A stretch of 64,000 bases of DNA from a virus, in IMG/VR virus record IMGVR_UViG_3300025645_000038, positions 32,001 through 96,000 of that record; one strand, written 5' to 3'. The notes below the pieces were generated by a model. It made no database searches. It had not been told where the DNA came from and saw nothing but the letters and a program-made list of their open reading frames with translations. Shown piece after piece: positions 35,958-45,200 of the stretch. The position numbers and the translations under genes were made by a program. Within the stretch, counting starts at the first letter, position 1. Each line of letters opens with the position of its first letter.

Positions 35958-37595
35958 ATGTCAGATTTAAAAATAAACGATTTGATGAGTGGTCATAACC
36001 CTCATCAAGAGCTCCTGTCACAGACTCGTAAGTTAGTTGACAAGTGGGAGCCAACCGGATTATTGGATGATATTGATGACTCCACTAAGAAAACAGGCAT
36101 GGCTGTTCTTCTTGAAAACCAGGCAACTCAGCTTATTAAAGAAGCTTCGGGTACAGGTACTGGTGGAAGTAAAGAAGAATGGAGTGGTGTAGCTTTACCA
36201 TTGGTTCGTAGAATCTTTGGTGAAATTTCAGCACAAGAGTTCGTAAGTGTTCAACCTATGAACTTACCATCTGGACTGATTTTCTTCTTGGACTTCAAAT
36301 ATGGTTCAGCTAATCAGGCTAATCACATTAAAGATACAGATATATTTGGTAATACTTCTGCATCAGGCGATCCAAGTGGTGGACTCTACGGAAGTGGTAG
36401 AGGAGGATACTCTATCAATGATAGAGATTCAGCTCTTATTGCTAACTCAAACATTACAGAAGCTTCAGCTTCTTGGAAAGATGTTGAGTTTGAACCATCT
36501 CTAAGTTCTTCTGTTGCTGTTGGTACTGCTAACCAAATAGTAAAGCTAACCGTTACAAGAGCTAATTTCTTAACTGCTGCTCCAAGAGCTGACTTAGAAG
36601 GAATTAGATCTTTTGAGGTAAGTGGTTCTGATATATCAGAGTCATTTCCGGCTTATACAACAGTTGATGATACTAATGTAAACTTCTTCGTGAAGACTAC
36701 AGATGGTAGAATGGATGCTGCTGCTATTGGTGTTAAGTATCATGAAGCTCCAACTGCTGCTCAGCGTGGTGATTTTGAACAAAGTTCATTCACATCACCT
36801 GGACCATCTTCAGCTGACGATCTTAAGATTCCTGAAGTTGACATTCAGTTAAGAAGTGAAGCTATCGTTGCGAAAACTCGTAAATTGAAAGCTGTATGGA
36901 CACCTGAACTTGCTCAGGATCTTAACGCTTATCATAGTGTTGACGCTGAAGCTGAATTAACAGCAATGTTAAGTGAGTACATCGCGATGGAAATCGATTT
37001 GGAAATACTTGATATGTTAAGTCTAAACGCTGATGCTAAGACTGCTTATTGGTCAGCTAAAGTTGGCTTTGAGTATGATGGTTCTGGAACAGGCGCTGGC
37101 GCTTGGACACAAGTAAGTGGTGCTTCAAATGCATATACAAAGAGTTCTTGGTTCCAAACACTTGGAATTAAGATACAATCTGTATCTAATGCTATTCATC
37201 AGAAAACACTTCGTGGTGGTGCTAATTTTGTTGTTGTTTCACCTGAAACTGCTACAATCTTAGAGTCTGTAAGTGGATACGTTGCTAATACTGGTGACGC
37301 TTCTTCTAAGACATACGCTATGGGTGTTGAAGCCGTTGGTTCTATAAATAACAGATATACTGTTTATAAGAATCCATACATGACAACTAACGACATATTG
37401 ATTGGTTTTAGAGGAAGTAACTTCCTTGAAACTGGTGCTGTTTATGCCCCATATGTACCAATGATTATGACTCCATTAGTATACGATCCTCAGAACTTTA
37501 CTCCGCGTAAAGGTGTGATGACTCGTTATGCTAAGAAGATGGTTAGACCAGAGTTCTATGGTAAAGTCATTGTTGCTGATATCAACGAAGTTTAA
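35958..37595 (+). CDS. Major capsid protein (T4 gp23-like)
   Basis: AVLLENQ, LPLVRR, VSVQPMNLPSGLIF, AKTRKLKAVWTPELAQDLNAYH, YAPYVP, FTPRKGVMTRY. GGGAG favours the ATG at 35958. Confidence 0.97.
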   Translation: MSDLKINDLMSGHNPHQELLSQTRKLVDKWEPTGLLDDIDDSTKKTGMAVLLENQATQLIKEASGTGTGGSKEEWSGVALPLVRRIFGEISAQEFVSVQPMNLPSGLIFFLDFKYGSANQANHIKDTDIFGNTSASGDPSGGLYGSGRGGYSINDRDSALIANSNITEASASWKDVEFEPSLSSSVAVGTANQIVKLTVTRANFLTAAPRADLEGIRSFEVSGSDISESFPAYTTVDDTNVNFFVKTTDGRMDAAAIGVKYHEAPTAAQRGDFEQSSFTSPGPSSADDLKIPEVDIQLRSEAIVAKTRKLKAVWTPELAQDLNAYHSVDAEAELTAMLSEYIAMEIDLEILDMLSLNADAKTAYWSAKVGFEYDGSGTGAGAWTQVSGASNAYTKSSWFQTLGIKIQSVSNAIHQKTLRGGANFVVVSPETATILESVSGYVANTGDASSKTYAMGVEAVGSINNRYTVYKNPYMTTNDILIGFRGSNFLETGAVYAPYVPMIMTPLVYDPQNFTPRKGVMTRYAKKMVRPEFYGKVIVADINEV

Positions 37596-37623
37596 TTAAT
37601 TACTTAATTGAACAACTTAAAAA

Positions 37624-37647
37624 GGGGAGTTTTACTCCCCTTTTTTT
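37624..37647 (+). terminator. Intrinsic terminator after the major capsid gene
   Basis: GGGGAGT-TTT-ACTCCCC stem followed by T7 and preceded by an A-run (possibly bidirectional). Confidence 0.9.
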
Positions 37648-37656
37648 GTATCTTGT

Positions 37657-37664
37657 ATATTTAT
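37657..37664 (+). promoter_or_regulatory. ATATTTATW putative late-promoter element
   Basis: Lies just after the terminator, where a new promoter is needed; ATATTTATTAATGA. Confidence 0.65.
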
Positions 37665-37698
37665 TAATGAGTAAATATATCTATTTTAGGAGAATATA

Positions 37699-38865
37699 AT
37701 GGAAGCAATTTGGGCTGGTAGTAGTTCTTTTTCAGCAGGAAACACACCTTACGGGTTTTATGATAGTGATACAGAGTTTTCAGGCTCTGGTAATCATTCT
37801 ATAGACAAGTTTTCTGATTGGGCTGCTAAAAGATTAGGGTATCCAATAATCGAAGTAGAATTACAAGATAAACAATTCTACGCTTGTTATGAAGAAGCTA
37901 TCACAGAGTATAGCGCACAGGTAAACCAATTTAATATTAGAGATAATATGTTGGCTTTACAAGGACAAGAAACAGGTTCTGGTTCTACAAAAACAAACTT
38001 AACGCATAGAAAACTAACACCGACAATCGGTAGGAACATTCAGTTAGCTGAACAATACGGAACAGAAGCTGGGGTTGGTGGAACAGTTGATTTTAAGAGT
38101 GGTTCTATACAAATCACAAGTGGTTCACAGGTTTATGATTTAAATGCACTTTGGGCTAATGTCTCAGAAAGCGGTGATGCTATAGAAGTAAGAAAAGTAT
38201 TTTATGAGAGTTCTCCTGCTATTACAAGATATTTCGATCCATATGCTGGTACAGGTGATGGTTCTTACAATATGTTGGATAGTTTTGGTTGGGGTAATAA
38301 CTCACCAGCAGTTCAGTTTATGATGATGCCGATGTATGCTGATTTATTAAAGATTCAAGCTATTGAGTTTAATGACCAGATAAGAAAGTCTGCTTATTCA
38401 TTCGAGTTACAGAATAATAAATTAAGAATTTTTCCTAATCCAACAAGTACTTACAAACTACACTTTAGATATATTCTAAAGAAAGATAGAAATAATACGT
38501 TACAAGGAACCTCTGATGGTGTGATTACAGACTACTCAAATGCTCCTTTTAATAATATGACATTTGCTAATATTAATGAAGTTGGTAAACAATGGATTAA
38601 GAAATATGGATTAGCTCTATGTAAGGAGTTATTAGGAACAATACGAAGTAAGTATTCGTCACTTCCTATACCAAATGCAGAAACAACATTGGATGGTGAT
38701 ACTTTAAGAACAGAAGCGGCTACGGAAAAAGAAGGACTAATTACAGAACTTAGGGAAACATTAGAACAGACAAGTAGAAAGGCTTTGTTGGAAGCTGATA
38801 AGGATGAAGCTGAGTTCTTACAAGAAAAGTTGTCAAAAGTTCCATACCCAATATACATAGGATAA
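37699..38865 (+). CDS. Neck/head-tail adaptor (gp13-like)
   Basis: KRLGYPIIEVEL, WIKKYGLALCKELLGTIRSKY, TTLDG; first gene after the capsid gene. Confidence 0.8.
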   Translation: MEAIWAGSSSFSAGNTPYGFYDSDTEFSGSGNHSIDKFSDWAAKRLGYPIIEVELQDKQFYACYEEAITEYSAQVNQFNIRDNMLALQGQETGSGSTKTNLTHRKLTPTIGRNIQLAEQYGTEAGVGGTVDFKSGSIQITSGSQVYDLNALWANVSESGDAIEVRKVFYESSPAITRYFDPYAGTGDGSYNMLDSFGWGNNSPAVQFMMMPMYADLLKIQAIEFNDQIRKSAYSFELQNNKLRIFPNPTSTYKLHFRYILKKDRNNTLQGTSDGVITDYSNAPFNNMTFANINEVGKQWIKKYGLALCKELLGTIRSKYSSLPIPNAETTLDGDTLRTEAATEKEGLITELRETLEQTSRKALLEADKDEAEFLQEKLSKVPYPIYIG

Positions 38866-38869
38866 GAAA

Positions 38870-39358
38870 ATGGCTGGTAGATTTTTACCTCAAAGAGATG
38901 TTGACTTAGTAACAAGAGTCAGTAGAGAATTGGTTGGTGATAAACAAGGAAACAAAGACGGATTAATAAATCAAGAATGTGTTGTTTATAAACCATCCTT
39001 ACAAGAGTCAGCAGTAAACATGTATGGTGAAGCTGCTGGTGGTAAGAAGGTGTATAAGAATGGAGTACAGATGGCTGCTCTTGTCTCAGCTGATGATTTC
39101 GATTTCAATACAGATGAGTTTGGGCCTGATGCACAACAGAATGCTACATTCTCATTTTTAAGACAATCATTTATAGATGCTTCAATGGTATTGGAGATAG
39201 GCGATTTAATAGATTGGAATTATGGATATTTTGAAGTTGGTTCTATAAACGAAAATCAATTAGTTGGTGGTCAATTTGACCAAAACTTTTCGGTTGTAGC
39301 AACAACTTTTTTAATTAGAAAAAGTTCTATACAAATAGAAAGAGTTAGGAGTACATAA
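38870..39358 (+). CDS. Neck/head-closure protein (gp14-like)
   Basis: Position after the adaptor; NMYGE and EIGDLIDWNYGYFEV motifs. Confidence 0.6.
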   Translation: MAGRFLPQRDVDLVTRVSRELVGDKQGNKDGLINQECVVYKPSLQESAVNMYGEAAGGKKVYKNGVQMAALVSADDFDFNTDEFGPDAQQNATFSFLRQSFIDASMVLEIGDLIDWNYGYFEVGSINENQLVGGQFDQNFSVVATTFLIRKSSIQIERVRST

Positions 39359-40926
39359 TGGCTCGTGAAAAACCAATACCTCGTTCTGCTAGAAAGAAAA
39401 TAAATCGTGGAACATTGAGGTCGAGAGGAGATGACCAAGTAAAAAACATATCAGTTGGGTTGATGGATATCGATGCAGCTATTATGTTTTATTTCAATAA
39501 TGTTATTAAACCTACTGTTATAGAAAATGATGAAACTATAAAAGTTCCTCTTATGTACTCTAATCCAGAAAGATGGAATAGTATACAAAAAAACGGATAC
39601 TTAGTTGATAATAAAAAACAACTATTAATACCACTAATTGTATTCAAGAGAAATTCTATATCAAAAGATGAAACTATGTCTGTTGATAAAATAGATCCTT
39701 TAAATCCTCAATTATTTCGTACTTTTCAAAGTAAATATTCTAAAAAGAATAGATATGATAATTTTTCTGTTCAACAAGGATTAAATAAAACAAAAGAGCT
39801 TTATACAGTGGGTGTACCAGATTATGTAAATCTTGAATATGAATTTATTGTTTGGACATCATATACTGAACAAATGAATAGTATAATAGAAAAAATCATT
39901 TGGAGTGAAGGTTCTTATTGGGGTGAAGATGGAAAGTTTAAATTTAGAACCTCAATAGATAACTATACAGATGCTAGTGAATTTACAGTAAACTCTGAAA
40001 GATTGATTAGAACTACTTTTTCAGTCACTCTAAAAGGATATTTAATACCCGAAGAATTTAATAGTGTTGTCACAACACAAAAGGCGTTAACACCAAAAAG
40101 AATATTAATTGGTGATGATGTAAGTGTAAACCTAACCGATTTGGTAGGAGATAGCCAAACCAGAGATGTAAGAATATCTGTATCGAAAGATGGTGGAGCT
40201 GGCGGTGGTGGTGGATTAGAAAAACCATTTACGATAGCAACAGGAACTGGTGTATCTATTGCAGGAGCTGGTCAGTTTGATGGAAGAAACTCTAAAACAT
40301 TTACATTTAGCATTGGTCAAGATGTAGGAACATCGAGTACAGTCCAATTTGCTAATGTCTCAGCTTCAAGTGCAATTCATATAGGCCCAACATCATTTGA
40401 AATAAAACAAAGAGATGATGGAAAAGCTGAGGTAAGTACGGATTGGGTTGTAAAGGGAGATATCATCGCAGAAAACTTTGTGGTTACATCTTCTGTAACA
40501 TCGATGTCTGTTGCTTTTGCTAGTGGTTCTACTAAATTTGGTGATAGTCCCGATGATACACATAGGATAACAGGTTCTATGAGCATAGTAGGAAACTTGT
40601 TAGTTAATGGAGCAGCTACAATTACAGCAACGACTATAACTACACCAGACCAATATATGAGAAAACAATTTGTCAAGAAAGCTGCTTCAATTAGTATACC
40701 ATCAACTGCTAGTTTTACTGCCGTAACAGCCTCTGCTCCAAGTGGTTTGACTGCTACAAACGAACAAGACTTTGTTTTCTTTATCAATGGACAATATATG
40801 GAACATGATGCTCTTACGATTAAGCAAGCTGGTTCAAACTTTTTATTACTTGTAGATACCGATAGTATAGGTTATAGTTTAGAAGCTGATGATGAGATTA
40901 TTGCTCAAGGAAAGTTTAATTCCTAA
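39358..40926 (+). CDS. Tail completion/terminator protein (gp15-like) with a fibre-like C-terminal extension
   Basis: IKVPLMYSNPERW, VPDYVNLEYEFIVWT, QMNSIIE, FSVTLKGYL. The C-terminal part carries SGSTKFGDSPDDTHRITGS, shared with the fibre genes. Confidence 0.65.
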   Translation: MAREKPIPRSARKKINRGTLRSRGDDQVKNISVGLMDIDAAIMFYFNNVIKPTVIENDETIKVPLMYSNPERWNSIQKNGYLVDNKKQLLIPLIVFKRNSISKDETMSVDKIDPLNPQLFRTFQSKYSKKNRYDNFSVQQGLNKTKELYTVGVPDYVNLEYEFIVWTSYTEQMNSIIEKIIWSEGSYWGEDGKFKFRTSIDNYTDASEFTVNSERLIRTTFSVTLKGYLIPEEFNSVVTTQKALTPKRILIGDDVSVNLTDLVGDSQTRDVRISVSKDGGAGGGGGLEKPFTIATGTGVSIAGAGQFDGRNSKTFTFSIGQDVGTSSTVQFANVSASSAIHIGPTSFEIKQRDDGKAEVSTDWVVKGDIIAENFVVTSSVTSMSVAFASGSTKFGDSPDDTHRITGSMSIVGNLLVNGAATITATTITTPDQYMRKQFVKKAASISIPSTASFTAVTASAPSGLTATNEQDFVFFINGQYMEHDALTIKQAGSNFLLLVDTDSIGYSLEADDEIIAQGKFNS

Positions 40927-40966
40927 AAATAGTTCCCACATTCCACCTTTCTTTTACTACTTCCTT

Positions 40967-40974
40967 ATATTTAT
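40967..40974 (+). promoter_or_regulatory. ATATTTATW putative late-promoter element
   Basis: CCTTATATTTATT, only 4 nt before ATG 40979. Confidence 0.55.
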
Positions 40975-40978
40975 TACT

Positions 40979-41251
40979 ATGAGAAAACGACATTGGAAAA
41001 ATAGAAAGAATAGAAAATGTCCTACTTGTACTAGGATATTAACTTATTCTCGAAAAGATTCCTTTGATAGAGCAGTAGGTAACAACTCTGTCTGTAAGTC
41101 ATGTGCTCAAACAGATAGAAAAGTAACAATGGAGACATTGGAAAAGATGAAACAACCTAAGACTGTCGAACATAGAAAAAAGATTTCACGCTCTATGAAG
41201 ACGCGTTGGGAAAAACTGAGAGAGAAAGAGTATGGCTTTACTAGACAGTAA
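40979..41251 (+). CDS. Small zinc-ribbon plus NUMOD3-like DNA-binding protein
   Basis: CPTC...CKSC followed by KTVEHRKKISRSMK. The ATG at 40979 is preferred to 40889, which overlaps the upstream gene. Confidence 0.6.
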   Translation: MRKRHWKNRKNRKCPTCTRILTYSRKDSFDRAVGNNSVCKSCAQTDRKVTMETLEKMKQPKTVEHRKKISRSMKTRWEKLREKEYGFTRQ

Positions 41252-41951
41252 ACAATTAAATCCAAGACTTACAGGTTCGTTTACCCTTTCTGGTAGTTTA
41301 TCAACAGAAAAGAATACACGAATTATAAGCAATTTAACAGAAATTATAAAGGTTACAGTAGTTTCTGATAATGGAAATAAGTATGCTTTTGAAGGTGCTA
41401 CTGCTCCTAATATCACAGTAGCTGAGGGAAAGACTTATAGATTTGATACATCTGATAGTACAAATAGTACCCATCCTTTTAGATTTAGTACCACATTAAG
41501 TGGAAGTTGGGCTGGCGGTAGTGCTTACACAACAGGAGTAACAGTAAATGGAACACCAGGACAAGGAGATTCATACACAGAAATTTCAATCAATAAAGTC
41601 ACACCTAATCATCTTTATTACTATTGTACTGCTCATGCTAATATGGGGAACGATGGTAAGTTACTTAAAAACGATTTTACAAACTTACATCTCGTAAGTG
41701 GTTCATCAGTATCAACCGGTTCGTTTGGACACTTAGTAGTACAAGGAAATGTGACTGCTAGTGGTACTGTAAGAGCAGATGCTTTCGAATCTGTTCAAGG
41801 TGGAGACACGATAAGTTTTGGAGATAATTTAAGTGTTACTGGTCAGATAACTGCGAGTGGTAATATAGATACTACAAGTGGTAGGGTATTTGAACAAGGA
41901 ACATCAGTAATAGACCATGCTACGGCGATGGCTATTGTATTTGGAGGATAA
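41232..41951 (+). CDS. Virion protein with a cupredoxin-like domain
   Basis: YRFD...HPFRF...LYYYCTAHANMG; one VSGSSVSTGSFG repeat; ends in AMAIVFGG. Confidence 0.7.
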   Translation: MALLDSKQLNPRLTGSFTLSGSLSTEKNTRIISNLTEIIKVTVVSDNGNKYAFEGATAPNITVAEGKTYRFDTSDSTNSTHPFRFSTTLSGSWAGGSAYTTGVTVNGTPGQGDSYTEISINKVTPNHLYYYCTAHANMGNDGKLLKNDFTNLHLVSGSSVSTGSFGHLVVQGNVTASGTVRADAFESVQGGDTISFGDNLSVTGQITASGNIDTTSGRVFEQGTSVIDHATAMAIVFGG

Positions 41952-41953
41952 TA

Positions 41954-42277
41954 ATGGCTAATACTTTTAAAAATGCTGGAGTTGCTGTTGGAAATAGTGC
42001 TACTACTATTTATACTGCACCTGGTAGTACAACAGGAGTTATTCATGCAGTTTACATTAGTAATGTAGATGGAACGAATGACGCAACAATAGATTTGTAT
42101 GTAACAGATACAAGTGCTGGTTCTGATTTTTACATTATGAAAACAGTAGATGTACCAGCAGATTCAACTTTGGTAATTGAGAAACCTATTAATTTAGAAG
42201 CTGGTGATGTACTAAAAGCTGTTGCTTCAGCGGCTGGTGATTTACAAGCTTTTGCGAGTGTATTGGAAATAACATAA
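41954..42277 (+). CDS. Small beta-rich virion structural protein
   Basis: MANTFKN...IYTAP...INLEAGDVL...SVLEIT; GGAGG upstream; lies within the fibre operon. Confidence 0.65.
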   Translation: MANTFKNAGVAVGNSATTIYTAPGSTTGVIHAVYISNVDGTNDATIDLYVTDTSAGSDFYIMKTVDVPADSTLVIEKPINLEAGDVLKAVASAAGDLQAFASVLEIT

Positions 42278-42278
42278 T

Positions 42279-45200
42279 ATGGCTAACCTAAAATATATAG
42301 GTAAAAATATACTAAACCACACCCTTGAAATCAAGAAGGGTGATGTAAGTGGTTCGTCTAGTTCTACTGGTTCATTTGGTAGAGGTGAAGTAACCACATT
42401 AGAAGCATCTTCATTTGGAAGTAGTGCTAGTACTTTAATTAGTGGTTCATTTACATCAACAAGCTCCTCATTAGCTAGTAGAATTACCACAGCGGAAACA
42501 GAATTAGGTAATACCTTAATCAGTTCATCTGCTCAGATAGCTTCTGATATTAGTGGTTCATTTACATCAACAAGTTCATCACTTGCTGGTAGACTAACTA
42601 CAGAAGAAGGAAATGTAGATACACTTCAAGCTAGAGATTTAATAGCAGGAGCTGGTTTAACTGGTGGTGGAACATTAGCCTCTGATAGAACTTTCAATGT
42701 AGTCGGCGGAACTGGTATTACAGCAAATGCAAATGATATACAAGTAGATTTTTCAGACTCAACTTTACAGACTACAATTAGTGGTTCATTGGGTACTAAT
42801 GCTACATTGATAAGAAGTCTTACAGCAGCTGGTATTAGTGGTTCATTTACACCAACGAGTTCATCACTTGCTAGTAGACTAACCACAGAAGAAGGAAACG
42901 TAGATACTCTTCAAGCTAGAGATTTAATAGCTGGTACAGGTTTAACAGGTGGTGGAACATTAGCTTCTGATAGAACTTTTAACGTAGTCGGTGGAACTGG
43001 TATTACAGCAAATGCAAATGATATAGAAATAGATTTTTCAGATTCCACTTTACAAACCACAATTAGTGGTTCAGTTACTTCGGTAAGTTCTTCATTAGCT
43101 GGTAGGATTACTACTGAAGAAGGAAACGTAGATACTTTACAAGCTAGAGATTTAATAGCAGGAGCTGGTTTAACTGGTGGTGGAACACTAGCCTCCGATA
43201 GAACTTTTAATGTTGGTGCTGGAACAGGTGTTACTGTAAATGCTAACGATGTAGCTATTGGACAGGCAGTTGCAACATCTGATAATGTTACATTTGGTAG
43301 TGTGACTACAACAGGAAACATAAGTGGTTCATCAACCTCAACTGGTTCGTTTGGTCAAGGTCATTTTGCTAATAGTTTAGGTATCGGCACTACATCGCCA
43401 AGTGCCTTAATTCATGGAACTGGTACAAACGGTACAACATTAAGATTAAAAAATACAAGTAGTGCGTTAAATTATATCCATCTTGAAAATAGTGCGAATA
43501 CTGGTAACTTCATACAAACAAATGCTGATAGTATAATGTTAAACGCTGATGCATTTGGTTCTGGTGGTGATGTTAGATTAATGACTGGTAATACTATAAG
43601 AGTAAGAGTAAACGAACATGGATTAGGTATAAATGCCACACCAGCAGATGATATAAGATTGAGAGTTAAATCATCCGATAACGATGATGGTATTCAATTA
43701 GATGACCAAAGTGGTAATTCATTATTTAAAGTATTCCAACAATCAGATGGTGTTGGAAGATTATTTGTAGGTGGTAGCTCATCGGGTACAGTTTTTACTG
43801 TAACAGGTGGTGGTGATGCTTCCTATGTAAAGACAGGAACATTTGGTGTTGGCGTTACAAGCCCAACAGCAGAGCTAGATGTAAGTGGTTCTCTTCAAGT
43901 ATCTGGTCATATAAGTGGTTCATCATCCTCAACTGGTTCGTTTGGTAGAGTTGAATCGGACACATTTAATGCAACAACATTTACAAGTACAGAAGTAACC
44001 TCTACAAATCTAACGGTTACAGGAACAATAACTGGTTCTTCTTTAAATGTAAGTGGTGATGGTATATTCGGTGGTAACATAAGAGCAGTAGGTGATGTAA
44101 TAGCAGAAAGATATATTGTATCATCTTCGGTTACACATCTTACACAATCTTTTAGTAGCGGTTCTACGATTTTTGGGGATAGTGCTGATGATACTCATCT
44201 ATTTATTGGTAGTAAGATAAGTGGTTCATCAAACTTAACAGGTTCGTTTGGTGCTGTATCAATAGGAAAAGGAACTGCTGATAATCAAAGAGCACTTACC
44301 ATTTCTGGTAATGTTCAGTTAGATAACAATAATGCAATTTACTTTAAAAGGTCAACAGGTACAGCAGATCCTCATATAATTTATAATAGTAATAATGACT
44401 TTAATATTTTCAATCCACTTGCTGGTGAGATAAAATTTGCTGTAGGTAGTGCTGAAATAGTTGTTGTAGATAGTAGTGGATTAACATTTAACGGAAGTAA
44501 GACAATCGGTTCTTCTGCTGGTGCTGGTGTAATAACTATTGCGGGTAATAGTGGTTTAAAACTAAAGTCAGGTGGTGGCGGTGGTTCTGGTCCTATAGAA
44601 CTTATACAAGGTAGTACAACCTATTGGTCAGTAGGTACAAGTGGTGCTTTGACTGGTAGTGCTGACTTGGTGATGAATGCTGGAAAAAACATAAGTGGTT
44701 CAGCAACCTCAACTGGTTCGTTTGGTGAAGTTCATACTGAGGGTGTAAAAGGATTAGCTGGGGATTACAGTAGTGTATTATTAGTACCAGATACTTTACA
44801 ATTTGGCAATGATGCGGATTCAATGTTTAGAAGAAGAACTTCAAACGATGTTGAGTTTAGAATGGCTGGTTCAGATATAGTTAGGATAAACACAAGTGGT
44901 TTACAGGTTGAGAATGGTAATTTAGAAGTTGAAAGTGGTAATGTAATAGCTAGTGGAAACATAAGTGGTTCATCAACCTCAACTGGTTCGTTTGGTAATC
45001 TTAGGGTTGGTGATAGAACTGCTCATGCTAATAGATTTACAGCGTATGGTGGAAATGAAGGATTTAAGGTAGGTTACGCTCAATCAGGTTTCTTAGCTAG
45101 TACAGGTGCTGCTTCAGATGGTGCTGATGCAGAAATAGTAATGACAGGAACTGGTGGTTCTGCTCCATTTAATAATCATGGTAGTATCGTATATAAGACA

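Noticed and set aside
26527-37595. Inteins or introns in terminase, portal or capsid genes
   Set aside because: The ORFs are continuous, of ordinary length and lack splicing or LAGLIDADG motifs.
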